Shown here: piece after piece, positions 31,837 through 43,600 of the stretch
Position numbering within the stretch: the first letter of the stretch is position 1
How the letters are laid out: each line of letters starts with the position of its first letter
Source of the DNA: Myxococcota bacterium
Lineage (GTDB): Bacteria; Myxococcota_A; UBA9042; PHBI01; JAWLBL01
Length of the DNA: 64,000 bases
Direction: 5' to 3'
Assembly (NCBI GenBank): GCA_041687695.1
Contig: JAWLBL010000035.1
Location: forward strand, 15,693 to 79,692
The notes under the pieces: model-generated
Database searches by the model: none
What the model was told of the DNA's origin: nothing
What the model saw: the letters and a program-made list of their open reading frames with translations, nothing else
Program-made: the position numbers and the translations under genes

Positions 31837-33318
31837 TCACCGGCCCCCGGCCCCGCCCGACTCGCGCTCCTTCAGCTTCTTCTCGACCTCGCACGCCGTC
31901 TTCACGCCCCCCTTGCAGGCCTTCGCCGCCATCGCGCGCCCCTTCTTCGGATCCCGGGGCACGCCCAGCCCCTCGAAGTGCACCACCGCCAGATCCGCGC
32001 AGCTGGCCATCCGCCCCTTCGCGCACGCCCCGTCCATCAGCTTGGCCGCCCGCTCGAAGTGCTCGGCGTCCCCCACCACCTCGATGAGCGCCACCCCCAG
32101 GCTCCCGCACGCGTCCACGTCCCCCAGCTCGCACCCCCTCTCGAACGCCGCGACCGCCCGCTCCTCGTCCTCGGCCACCCCGCCGTGTCCCTCGAGCAGC
32201 ACCACGCCCAGGGTCAGACACGCCCAGCCGTCCCCGTCCTTGCACGCCGCGTCGAGCAGCCCGACGCCCTTGGCCGCGTCCCGCGCCACCCCCTCGCCCG
32301 TGATGTGCGCCGCCCCCAGCCGCGCGCACCCGTGCGGCCACTTGCCCTCGCAGCTCTTGGCGTACAGCGCCGCCGCCCGCTTCGCGTCCGCCTTCACCCC
32401 GGTCCCCGTCTCCAGGTGCGCCCCCAGGTCCGCGCACCCCACCTCGTCCCCCGCCTCGCACGCCTGCCCCAGCACCGCCACCGCCCTCGCGTGGTCCGCC
32501 TTGCCCGCGAGCCCCGCGTTCAGCGCCCGCGCGAGGTGCACGCACCCCTTCGCGCTCCCCGCCTCGCACGCCTTGCGGAACAGCGCGACCGCCTTCTTCC
32601 CGTCGGCCTTCATCCCCGTCCCGGTCTCGAGCCGCTCGCCCAGGGCCGAGCACGCCTGAGGGTCGCCGCCCTTGCACCCCTTGTCGGCCAGCTTCATCGC
32701 CGCCTTGTCGTCCTTGGCGGTCCCCAGCCCGTGCAGGTGGTGCACCGCCGCCGCCCGGCACCCGTGCAGCGCGTTGCCCGCCGCGCACGCCTTCTCGTAC
32801 AGCTTCAGCGCCGCCGCGTCGTCCGCCTTCACCCCGGCGAACCCGGTCCGCAGCTGCGTCGCCCGCCCGGTGCACGTCCACGCGTCCTGCGCGCACGCCC
32901 GCTCGAGCAGCGCCGACGCCTTCTCGGCCGCCCCGTCCCCGCCGGCCCCGAACATGTACAGCTTCGCCAGCGCCAGGCACGCCCGCTGGTCGTCCTTCTG
33001 GCACGCTGCCGTCAGCCGCGCGCCCTCGGCGTTCCAGTCCACACCGCCCTTGATCCCCGCCTTCAGCAGCCCCTCGAAGGCGACGAACCCGTCCAGATCG
33101 TCGGCCAGCAGCGCCTTCCACGCCCAGCCCATCGCCGCCTCGGCCCGCCCGGCCAGCCGCTCGCGGTGGCTCGCCTGCACGCACGCGTACCCGGCCCCCG
33201 CCTCGCACGCCGCGTCCGGCCACGCCGCCGCCTCCTCACCAGCCGCGGCCGCCCCGGCCCCGCCCAGCAAGCCCGCCGCCACCGCCACCGCCCCGAGCCA
33301 CCACCGTCCACCCGTCAT
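31837..33318 (-). CDS. secreted Sel1-repeat (cysteine-rich Hcp-like) protein
   Basis: Signal peptide; repeated AC..LG.....G.G...D...A..L..KAC units. Confidence 0.9.
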   Translation of the reverse strand: MTGGRWWLGAVAVAAGLLGGAGAAAAGEEAAAWPDAACEAGAGYACVQASHRERLAGRAEAAMGWAWKALLADDLDGFVAFEGLLKAGIKGGVDWNAEGARLTAACQKDDQRACLALAKLYMFGAGGDGAAEKASALLERACAQDAWTCTGRATQLRTGFAGVKADDAAALKLYEKACAAGNALHGCRAAAVHHLHGLGTAKDDKAAMKLADKGCKGGDPQACSALGERLETGTGMKADGKKAVALFRKACEAGSAKGCVHLARALNAGLAGKADHARAVAVLGQACEAGDEVGCADLGAHLETGTGVKADAKRAAALYAKSCEGKWPHGCARLGAAHITGEGVARDAAKGVGLLDAACKDGDGWACLTLGVVLLEGHGGVAEDEERAVAAFERGCELGDVDACGSLGVALIEVVGDAEHFERAAKLMDGACAKGRMASCADLAVVHFEGLGVPRDPKKGRAMAAKACKGGVKTACEVEKKLKERESGGAGGR

Positions 33319-33426
33319 CGCCGCCTCCGTTGGGCCCTCGCCGGGCCGCGCGCCGGCAGGCAACCACCCCGCGCCCCCCTTGGCAAGCCTTGGCAACGCC
33401 GCCGTCCTCGCCCTACCCTCGCCCCC

Positions 33427-34365
33427 ATGCCCGCGCCCACCCTCATCTACGAGACCGTCTACGGCAGCCGCGCCTACGGCCTCGACACCGCCGCCTCCGA
33501 CGAGGACCTCCGCGGCGTCGTCGTCGGACCGGCCGCCTGGTACCACGGCTTCGTCGGCGGCCCCGAGCAGGTCGACCTCGGCAAGGACCACGTCCACTGG
33601 GAGATCCGCAAGCTCATGCGGCTCCTCGCCGCCGCCAACCCGACCGTGCTCGAGGTCGTCTACACCGATCCGCGCCACCACCGCGTCCTGACGCCGGCCG
33701 GCCGCCGCCTCCTCGACGCCCGCGACCTCTTCCTCTCCCGCCGCGTCAAGGACACCTTCGCCGGCTACGCCCTGGGTCAACTCCGCCGCATCGAGACGCA
33801 CCGCCGCTGGCTGCTCCACCCGCCCTCCGAGGCGCCCACCCGCGCCGCCTACGGCCTTCCCGAGCGCTCCCTCGTCCCGCGCGACCAGCTCGGCGCCGCC
33901 GAGGCCCTGCTCGCGCGCGGCCGCCTGGGTGAACACGAGCTCCCAGCCGGCTTCCTCGAGCTCCTCGGCCGCGAGAAGCGCTACCGGGCCGCCCGCCGCG
34001 AGTGGGAGCAGTTCCAGCAGTGGTGCAAGGCGCGAAACCCGGCCCGCGCCGAGCTCGAGCGGCGCTTCGGCTACGACACCAAGCACGCGCAGCACCTCAT
34101 CCGCCTGCTCCGCATGGCGCTCGAGATCCTCGAGCGCGGCCAGGTGGTCGTCGAGCGCCCCGACCGCGACGAGCTGCTGGCCATCCGGCAGGGCGCCTGG
34201 TCCTACGAGCAGCTCCTCGACGAGGCCCGCCGCCTGCAGGCCGCCGCGGACGCCGCCGCCGCCACCTCCCCGCTGCCCGCCGACGTCGACCTCGCCGACC
34301 TCGACGCGCTGTGCGCCTCCATCGTCGAAGACGTCCTCCGCGCCCGCGCCCCAGGCCACCCATGA
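33427..34365 (+). CDS. RlaP/YcgL-like (Pol-beta superfamily) nucleotidyltransferase, long form
   Basis: GSRAYGL..SDEDLRG, NPTVLE, TFAGYA, YDTKHAQHLIRLL, RDELLAIR.G. Confidence 0.88.
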   Translation: MPAPTLIYETVYGSRAYGLDTAASDEDLRGVVVGPAAWYHGFVGGPEQVDLGKDHVHWEIRKLMRLLAAANPTVLEVVYTDPRHHRVLTPAGRRLLDARDLFLSRRVKDTFAGYALGQLRRIETHRRWLLHPPSEAPTRAAYGLPERSLVPRDQLGAAEALLARGRLGEHELPAGFLELLGREKRYRAARREWEQFQQWCKARNPARAELERRFGYDTKHAQHLIRLLRMALEILERGQVVVERPDRDELLAIRQGAWSYEQLLDEARRLQAAADAAAATSPLPADVDLADLDALCASIVEDVLRARAPGHP

Positions 34366-35180
34366 CCCCGCACGACCTCCCGCCCGCCGCCGCCCCCGAC
34401 CTCGCCCTCGCCCGCCGCGTCCTGGCGACCCGCTCTCCTCCGGGCGCGCTCGTCCTGTGCGCGGTCACCGGCGCCCACCAGTACGGCTTCCCGTCGCCCG
34501 ACAGCGATCTGGACCTCAAAGGCGTCCACGCCGCTCCGACACGCGCGCTGCTCGGGCTCGGGACGCCGGCCGAGTCCTGGGACACCACCGTCGTCTTCGA
34601 GGGCGTCGAGTGCGACGTCACCACCCAGGAGCTGGCGCGCGCCATCGGCCTGCTCCTGCGCGGCAACGGCAACATGCTCGAGCGCCTGCTCTCTCCCTTC
34701 CAGGTCCTGCCGGGCCCCGACCAGCAGGCCCTCACCGACCTCGCCCGCGCCTCCGTCAGCCGCCGCTTCCTGCAGCACTACCTGGGGTTCTTCCGGGGCA
34801 AGCGCCGCGAGCACGAGCGCGCCCCCGCGGCCGAGGCCAAGACGCTGCTCTACATCTATCGCACGGCCCTCACCGGCGCCCACCTGCTGACCACGGGCGC
34901 CCTCGAGGCCGACCTGTCCGTCCTCGCGCCCGCGTACGGCTTCCCCGAGGCCCTGCCGCTCATCGCTCACAAGCGCGCCGGCCGAGAGCACATCGCCGTC
35001 TCGCCCGAGGACGACGCGCTCCACCGCGCCCAGTGGCCCCGCCTCGAGGCGACCCTGCTCGCCGCGCACGAGGCCAGCCCCCTCCCGGAAGATCCCCCGA
35101 ACCGGGACGCTTTCGACGCCTGGCTGGTCGACCACCGCCTGCGTGCCCTCGCCGCGCGCCGAGATCGTCACGATTCGTGA
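34362..35180 (+). CDS. RlaP/YcgL-like nucleotidyltransferase, second copy
   Basis: GAHQYGFPSPDSDLDLKGVH, GNGNMLERLLSP, HYLGF, KTLLYIYR..LTG; ATGA overlap. Confidence 0.9.
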   Translation: MTPHDLPPAAAPDLALARRVLATRSPPGALVLCAVTGAHQYGFPSPDSDLDLKGVHAAPTRALLGLGTPAESWDTTVVFEGVECDVTTQELARAIGLLLRGNGNMLERLLSPFQVLPGPDQQALTDLARASVSRRFLQHYLGFFRGKRREHERAPAAEAKTLLYIYRTALTGAHLLTTGALEADLSVLAPAYGFPEALPLIAHKRAGREHIAVSPEDDALHRAQWPRLEATLLAAHEASPLPEDPPNRDAFDAWLVDHRLRALAARRDRHDS

Positions 35181-35282
35181 CAAAAGCGCGCGAGGGCCCT
35201 TCCCCAGCACCGTCACAGCTTGGTATGTTCCGCCGCGTCCGGGGCCCGTCGCGCCCCGGGGGGACGTGGGGGAGGCGCAGCC

Positions 35283-36758
35283 ATGGTGCAAGCAGCGGAC
35301 AAGGTCGACAGACAGGTGCTGGTGGTCGACGACGACCCGCAGATCGGGCGGCTGGTCGACCGGGTGCTCACCCGCCAGGGCTATCGCGTCCAGGTCACCA
35401 CGACGGCGGCGGCGGGCCTCACCGCCATCGCGAACGGCTTCCGCGGCGTCGTGGTGCTCGACGTGCAGCTGCCCGACATGCCCGGCACCGAGCTGTTCGA
35501 GCGCTTCCGCGCCGAGGCGCCCGAGCTGCCGGTCATCTTCCTGACCGGCTACGGGTCGACCGACCTCGCCCTCGACTCGCTGCAGCAGGGCGCCTTCGAG
35601 TTCCTCGACAAGTCGGCCGTGCTCGACCGGCTCGCGCCCAGCGTCGCGGCGGCCTTCGAGACCCTGCAGGTCGACGAGCAGGCGCAGTCGCTCCAGCACG
35701 AAGGCCACGCCGACCTGGCCTTCGCCAGCATCATCACCCAGTCGCGCCCGATGCGCGCCGTCTTCCAGGCGCTCCGCAACGCCATCGACTCCAAGCTGAC
35801 GGTCCTCATCCGCGGCGAGTCGGGCACCGGCAAGGAGCTCATCGCCCGGGCCATCCACCAGGGCTCGCCGCGCCGGAGCGAGGCCTTCGTCCCGGTCAAC
35901 TCGGCGGGCATCCCCGAGAGCCTGCTCGAGTCCGAGATGTTCGGCTACGAGCGCGGCGCCTTCACCGGCGCCAACAACCGCAAGATCGGCCACTTCGAGG
36001 CCGCCCGCCGCGGCACGCTCTTCCTCGACGAGATAGGCGAGCTGCACACGACCCTGCAGGCCAAGCTCCTGCGCGCCATCCAGGAGGGCCAGATCACCCG
36101 CGTCGGCGGCTCCGAGCCCATCAGCGTCGACGTGCGCCTCGTCGCGGCCACCCACCGCGACCTCGAGCAGGAGGTCGAGCAGGGCCGCTTCCGCGAGGAC
36201 CTGTACTACCGACTCGCCGTCTTCACGGTCTATCTGCCCGCGCTGCGCGAGCGCCCCGGCGACATCCCGCTGCTGGCCGAGCACTTCGTCGCCCGCGCCG
36301 CCGAGCGCGAAAACCGCCCCATCCAGGGCATCGACCCGCGCGCGCTGGAGGTCCTGACCTCCTACTCCTACCCAGGCAACGTCCGCGAGCTCGAGAACCT
36401 CATCTCCTACGCGGTCGTCGCCTCGCGCGGCCCGAACCTGACCCTGGCCGATCTGCCGCGGCACTTCCTGCAGGCCGTCTCCCTCGAGCGCAAGCAGAAG
36501 GGCCTGCGCCCCGCCGGCGCCGCGGCCACCACCAGCCCCGACGCCTCCGCGCCGCCCCCGGCCGCCCCGGCCTCGAGCCCGGCCGCGCCCGCCTACCGCC
36601 TCGACACCTTCCCGACCCTCGCCGCCATCGAGCGCTCCCACATCCTGGCCGCCCTCGACCTCGCCCAGGGCAACAAGACCAAGGCCGCCCAGCTCCTCGG
36701 CATCTCGCGCATGACCCTGTACCGCAAGACCGCCGACCTGGGCCTCGCCGAGACCTGA
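35283..36758 (+). CDS. sigma54-dependent response regulator (NtrC family)
   Basis: [45 protein letters not shown]. Confidence 0.96.
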   Translation: MVQAADKVDRQVLVVDDDPQIGRLVDRVLTRQGYRVQVTTTAAAGLTAIANGFRGVVVLDVQLPDMPGTELFERFRAEAPELPVIFLTGYGSTDLALDSLQQGAFEFLDKSAVLDRLAPSVAAAFETLQVDEQAQSLQHEGHADLAFASIITQSRPMRAVFQALRNAIDSKLTVLIRGESGTGKELIARAIHQGSPRRSEAFVPVNSAGIPESLLESEMFGYERGAFTGANNRKIGHFEAARRGTLFLDEIGELHTTLQAKLLRAIQEGQITRVGGSEPISVDVRLVAATHRDLEQEVEQGRFREDLYYRLAVFTVYLPALRERPGDIPLLAEHFVARAAERENRPIQGIDPRALEVLTSYSYPGNVRELENLISYAVVASRGPNLTLADLPRHFLQAVSLERKQKGLRPAGAAATTSPDASAPPPAAPASSPAAPAYRLDTFPTLAAIERSHILAALDLAQGNKTKAAQLLGISRMTLYRKTADLGLAET

Positions 36759-36941
36759 CGGCGCCCCCGCCTCAGGCGTCCTCGTCGTCGTCGTCGTCCA
36801 GGCTCAGCGCGCCGGCGCCCTCGACCACCGACAAGGCGCCCTCGCCGGCCGCCGGCGTGGGCGCCGCGCGTGGCCTGCAGGACGTCGCCCGGCACCTCGA
36901 CCGCGCCGAGGACCGGCAGCGCGTGCATCACCGTCCGGCGC

Positions 36942-37652
36942 TCAGAACACCAGGCCCAACCCGATGCGGAAGACGTCCTGATAGACGCTCACCTCCGGCT
37001 CGGGGAAGCGCGCCAGGTTGTCGGGATCCTCGGCCGTCGCGTACGCGATGTCGGCCGGCGACCACTCGGCGAAGATCTGCAGGCCCATGTCCTCGTCCAG
37101 CCGGTGGAACACCGACCCTCGCAGCTGCAGCGCGTCGAGGCCGGCCTCCCCGTCCACCCAGGCCGTGCTGGCCTCCTGGGGCGTCCAGCGGCCCATCGCC
37201 TCGAGGTGCAGGTCGCTCGTCACCGAAAAGAGCAGGCGCCCGCGCACGTACCCGTACGCGTGCTGGACGTTCAGGCCGGCGCCGAGGGCGAAGGTCAGCA
37301 GCGTCGAGCCGAACCCGCCCTCGCCCAGCTGCAGGAGCGTGATCGGGAAGCCCAGCCCGACGTCGAAGATCAGCTCGGACGCGGCGTACGACTCGTAGCC
37401 CAATTCGGTCGCCAGTTCGAAGCCCAGGAAATTGCCCAGCGCCGTCGGCGACACCGGGAGGCCGAGCTCGAAGTGCGCCGACAGGCCGTAGCCGCCGCCG
37501 CCCAGTCGGTCGCCGAACATCCCCGACACGCCGGCCGCCATCCCGCCGATGCCGAACAGCCCGCCTTCGTCGGCCCGCGCCGACGCCATCGGCGCCGAGA
37601 GTGCCCCCACCGTCGCCGCAACGCACGCGACCCGCGCCCTCCAAGCCATCAT
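36942..37652 (-). CDS. putative outer-membrane beta-barrel protein
   Basis: Signal peptide (ASA-RADEGG), amphipathic strands, terminal GLVF. Confidence 0.65.
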   Translation of the reverse strand: MMAWRARVACVAATVGALSAPMASARADEGGLFGIGGMAAGVSGMFGDRLGGGGYGLSAHFELGLPVSPTALGNFLGFELATELGYESYAASELIFDVGLGFPITLLQLGEGGFGSTLLTFALGAGLNVQHAYGYVRGRLLFSVTSDLHLEAMGRWTPQEASTAWVDGEAGLDALQLRGSVFHRLDEDMGLQIFAEWSPADIAYATAEDPDNLARFPEPEVSVYQDVFRIGLGLVF

Positions 37653-37662
37653 GACACTCTCC

Positions 37663-38544
37663 TCAGAACCGCAGCCCGGCCGAGGCGCGGAACCCGAAGT
37701 CGCCCGAGTCCAGCGCCGGCGTGGTCACGCTGCCCTGCAGCATGACCCGCCCGAACAGCGCCGTCGTCATCCCCAGCTCGAGATGACTGCCGCTCAGCTG
37801 CCGCTTGTAGCGCCCCGGCTCGTCCAGCACCTGCGGCTCGTGGCCGCTCCACTCGCCCAGCCAGTTCCAGTCCCACTGGAACCAGACCAGCGCCGGCCCG
37901 GCCGCCACATTCAACTTGAACGGCATTCCGAAGTACGAGTGCGTCAGGGCCACCTGCCGCTCGTCACGCTCGAAGCGGCTCACCAGGCTGCCGAAGCCCA
38001 TCCCGACGTCCAGCATCACGTGCTCGCCGAATTCGGCCCCGAAGAACATGTTCAGCTTGTACCCGCTGCTCTCGCCGCCGCCGGGCAGCCGCGTCATATA
38101 CAGATCGAGTTCGAAGCTCTGGTCCTCGGCGCCCATCATCTCGCTCGAGGACTCGGCGGTCCGGTCCAGGATCGCCTGCTTCTCGGCTTCGCTGCGATAG
38201 GTCGTCTTCGTGACGATCCAGTTGCCCGATCGATAGCGCTCGACGCTCTTGGGCGACGACGCGGCGAGGCCGCCCGCCACCGTGTTCATCAGCGCGAAGA
38301 ACAGCCCGGTGACGAAGCCCTTGCGCTCGGTGTAGCGCAGCCCGGTCAGCCGCGGCTCGAGCCCGAGCGCCGTGACCCCGAGCGCGCCGGACCCCACGCC
38401 GTAAAAGCCGCTGAAGGCGCCCCAGCGCCCGTGCAACAGCTCGAGGCCCGTGCTCCCGAAGCCGCCCTCGTCACCGCGCGCCGGCCCCACCGCCGTGACC
38501 ATCGTCAACATCCCGACCAACCCCGCGGCCACCGCGCGTCGCAT
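37663..38544 (-). CDS. putative outer-membrane beta-barrel protein
   Basis: Signal peptide MRRAVAAG...ARG-DEGG, aromatic strands, terminal GLRF. Confidence 0.65.
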   Translation of the reverse strand: MRRAVAAGLVGMLTMVTAVGPARGDEGGFGSTGLELLHGRWGAFSGFYGVGSGALGVTALGLEPRLTGLRYTERKGFVTGLFFALMNTVAGGLAASSPKSVERYRSGNWIVTKTTYRSEAEKQAILDRTAESSSEMMGAEDQSFELDLYMTRLPGGGESSGYKLNMFFGAEFGEHVMLDVGMGFGSLVSRFERDERQVALTHSYFGMPFKLNVAAGPALVWFQWDWNWLGEWSGHEPQVLDEPGRYKRQLSGSHLELGMTTALFGRVMLQGSVTTPALDSGDFGFRASAGLRF

Positions 38545-38689
38545 CCTGCTCCCTCCGGCTCCGTCGCTCGCTCGAGGCCACCATAACGAGCCGCGCCGAC
38601 CGCGCCAGTACTCAAATCGCCCCGCCTCCACGCTTTGAGCACATCTACTCACGCCGGGGGCCTTGGCGGCCTCTTCGAGAGCTGCTAGC

Positions 38690-39768
38690 GTGAGTCGACG
38701 CCGTCCCACGACGCGCGCCCGGAGCCCGAAGCCCTTGACGAAGACCGACCCCGTCGTCGCCGCCGTCCGCCGCGACCTGACGTCCGCCCACGACCTCGAC
38801 GCGACCGCCCTGCGCGCCCGCGTCCTGGCCGGCTTGCGCCGCGTCGTCGACAGCGACGTCGCCATGTTCTACACGGTCGGCTTCACGCGACGTGGCCTCG
38901 GCCTTCGCGACTGGCTCATCGACGGCTGCGCCAACGGCGGCCACGCCATGGCCCTGGTGCAGTCGTGCCCCGAGCTGCTCAACCAGCCCGCCTCGCTGCC
39001 GCCCCAACGCGACGGCCGCCCCTACGACGTCCTGCGCCCCCGCCCCCACGAGCGCCGCGCCTTCCTCGAGGACGCCGCCCTGTGGAGCCCCGGCCAGATC
39101 GAACGCTCGCCCTTCTACGCCCGCGTGTTCGTCCCCTTCGGCCTGACCAGCCAGCAGCGCCTGCTGGTCTACCACGGCGACCGCTTCGTCGGCTGGATCG
39201 GTCACATGCGCACCCGCGGCACCCAACCGTTCAGCGTCGCCGACCGCCGGCGCCTGCAGCCCCTGGTGCCGACCATCCGCACCGCCCTCGTCACCGCGGA
39301 CCGCCTCGAGCGCGCCGCCACCCCCCAGGGCCCGGGCGACCTCGTCGTCTCGCCCGACGGCGGCCTCGAGTTCGCCACCCCTGCGGGCGCCGCCTGGCAC
39401 GCCGTCCCCGCCTTCGCCGAGGCGCTCCGTCGCCACATCCGCGCCCTCGACCGCGACGACGCCCAGCAGCTCGCGGCGCCGCTCGCGCTCGCGGACGCAC
39501 GCATCACGCGTCTCGACGGCGAGGGCCGTGTCCGCTATCTGGTCCAGGTCGTGCCCATCCGGCCCGCCCGCGTGGCGGCCGACGCGGGCCTGACGTCCCG
39601 GCAGCGCGCCGTCGCCAGCTACGCCGCAGCCGGCGCCACCGTCCCCGAGATCGCCCGCTGCCTGTCGGTGTCCCCCGAGACCGTCCGGACCCACCTGCGC
39701 GCGACCTACCGCCACCTCGACGTCGCCAACCGCGTCGAGCTCGCCGCCGCCCTCGAGGCCCAGACGCC

Positions 39769-39772
<4 letters not shown>
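38690..39772 (+). CDS. LuxR-family transcriptional regulator with N-terminal GAF-like sensor
   Basis: C-terminal LTSRQRAV...[29 protein letters not shown]; start uncertain. Confidence 0.88.
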
Positions 39773-40644
<872 letters not shown>

Positions 40645-40695
40645 GCCGCGCCCTGGCGACGCCACCCGAGCGGAAGCGTCGCCAGGGCCGGCGGG

Positions 40696-43600
40696 TCACC
40701 ACAGGACGCTCTCGACGCTGGTGCTCGGGCCGCTCGGCGTCAGGCCGCCGACCGCGAAGATGCGGCCGCTGCCCTGGCTCATGCCCATCAGCGCGCGCGA
40801 CACCGCCATGGTGTCGCCGGTGGCGTTGACGTTGCCCAGCGTGCCGTTGGGGCCGACGAAGCCCGAGTCGCGGCCGTTGGACGGCCCCGCCGTGCCGCTG
40901 CCCCCGAACAGGAACAGCTGGTTCGACGCGGCGGCCGCTCCGTAGCCGGCCCGGCTGACGTTGCCGTTGAACGCCTGGGCCCAGGTGGTCAGCTGGCCGC
41001 CCGCCTGCACCCGCGCCGCGTGGAAGCGGCTCGCGCCGGCGCCGCCGAGGCCCGGCCCCGAGTAGATCCACGTCTCGTCGAGCTCCACCTGCGTCGTGAC
41101 CGTCGCGTCGACGCTGAAGGCCCCATGCAGCCGCTTGGCCGCCGGCATGAGGCTCAGGCCGGGCAGCCACGCGGGCGTCACCGAGTGGCCGCCGCCCTCG
41201 CCGACGGTGACGCTCACAATCTCGACGGACGCGAGGGTAGTCCCCAGGGCGCCCCGCCCGCCGAGCGCGTACAGATGCACCACGTCGCGGTCCACGGGGT
41301 CGACCGCCACACCCAGGGCCAGCTCGGCGCGCGGGGCCAGCAGCGGCGGCATCGCCATCCACGCGCCCAGGTCCCCCAGCCGCCGCGGCGTCGCGGCCCC
41401 GGCCGGCGTCAGGGCGTCCACGAACGACGTGCTCGGCGCCGCGACCGTGGCGATGAGGCCCACGTCGGCCAGCGGCGCGTCCGCGGCCGGGCTGCGGTAG
41501 ACGCGGTACGCGGCCGCTCCCGGCACGGCCGACCAGCGCAAGGTCACCTCGAAGCCGTCGGGCGCCCAGCTCGGCACCTTGATGGGCAGCGGCTCGCTGG
41601 GCAGCGTCTCGCCGCCCGCGTTGTCCGCGTCGCCCGCGCCCATCACCGCGCTGACCCGGTAGTACCACAGGCCCTCGCCCAGCCCGTCCGGGTCCAGCGC
41701 GATCTCCAGGTCCCCGTCGATCTGCGGGGCGTCCTCGGGCCGCAGCACCTCGGCGCGCACCACGCTCGCGACGGCCCCGTCGCCGTCGTCGCCGCCCACG
41801 ACATAAAGGAACCGGCCGATCGCCTTGGCCGCCGCCAGGGTGCGGCCTTCAGGCAGGCCCGCCGGCAGCGTCCGGAAGGCGCCCAGGTCCCCGAAGGGCG
41901 TCAACGGCGCCGCCTCGATCGACGCCAGCGGCGCCCCGGCCGCGCTGCCGTGTCCGCCCAGCGCATACAGGAACTTCGCCCGCCGCGTCGCCGCCCCCAC
42001 GACGGCGGCCAGCCCCTGCCGCGCCGTGTTCAGGGTGGCGCCGGTCAGCTGGCTCGCCGGGATGTTCTCGGCCGGGTTCAGCATCACCAGCGCCGAGAAC
42101 TCGTCGAAGCTGGCGTCGGGGTGGGTGACCCGGACCAGGCAGATCCAGTTCTGCGGGATCCCGTTGGGCACCGCGAACTCGATGCGCCCGGCGTCGACGA
42201 AGTTCGCCATCGCGCCGAACTCGGTCGGCGCGGCGTCGGGGAGCTGCGGGTCGCGACACAGCAGATCCACCTCGGCGCCGGCGTCGAAGTCCTCGCCGAC
42301 GATGGTCACGACCACGCCGGGCCCTGGGACCGCGCCGGGGGCGATGGTCTCGATGATCGGCGGCGGGCTGTCGACGACGGTGAACCCGGCCGGGTCGAGG
42401 CCCACGGAGCCGTCCGGGTTGACGACGACGACGTCGTAGTCGCCGGGCGCCAGCCCCTGCCCGACCAGGGCCGTCAGCTCGGTCGGGCCGATGAAGCCGA
42501 CGCTGGTCAGCGCGGTCGCGGTGCCGCCACCACCGACCGGGTTCAGGTACACGCGCGGCAGCTCCTGGAACGGGTCACCGGGCGCCGCGGCGTCGAGCAG
42601 GATGGACACCGACGTGCGGCGCGTCGACCCGCCGAAGGGCGGCGAGACGGCGAAGGGGGCCATGTCGATCTGCCGCGTCAGGTCGGTCGCGCCGGTCAGG
42701 GCCGCGGGGCAGCCCAGGCCGTCGGTGACAGACACCTCGTAGGTGACGACCTCGCCGAGCTGCACCAGGTCCTTGGGCAAGGTGGCCAGCACCTTGCTGG
42801 GCGCGGCCGGGTCGAACGCGTGCGGCACGGTCAGCCACCCCGCGGTCCCGGCGCGGCGGATCTCGACCTCGTCGACGGCGCCCCCGTTGATGTTGGCCAC
42901 GTACAGCGTCACCTGCAGATCGAGGCCGTTGTAGGCGACCGGCGGGTCGACGAAGAACACCACCGGCCGCGGCAGGACCGTGATCGCGTTCGGGCGGACG
43001 TCCTCGCACCCGGCGCCGTTGGACACCGTCAGATCGTAGCTACCCGCGGCTAGCGGCCCGAAGCTCACGTCGGCCAGGGCCCCGCCCGTCGCGACCGCGG
43101 TGCTCAGGGCCGGGCGCTGCTGCCCGTCGGCGCCGGTCAGCCAGAACTGCGTCGAGGCGCGGAAGCCGCTGCCCGTCACCTGCAGCCCGACGTCGGCGTC
43201 CTCGCAGAAGGCCTTGGGGCTCACGTCCGCGATGGTGGGCTTGGCGCCGACCGAGAAGGTCGCCGTGTCCCCGCAGACCAGCGTCGTCGGGTTGTCGACC
43301 TCGATGACGTAGTCGCCGGGCGCGAGGCTGGCCGCATCCGGCACCTCGAAGGTCAGCTCGGAGCACCCCTCGATGTCGAGGAACGCCCCCAGGACCGGCG
43401 CGCAGCCGCTCATGGCCGTCACGGGGACGGGCTGCCCGTCGAAGCTCACCCGCGGGCCCTCTCCCTCGACCACCAGGAACCCGGCCCCCGTCGCCTTCAC
43501 GGTCAGCTCGCCCGGGACCACGCCCTCGCACGCCACCGGCGGCACGACCCCGGCGACCCCGAACCCGGCGCACAGGTCGAAGGCGGCGCACGTCACCAGG

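Noticed and set aside
33381..33396. TGGCA...GC as a sigma54 promoter
   Set aside because: GG-to-GC spacing is 9 rather than 10; better read as a direct repeat.
33929..37342. 1137 aa Arg/Pro-rich ORF and similar long alternative-frame ORFs throughout the window
   Set aside because: They overlap well-supported genes in other frames; stop codons are rare at this GC content.
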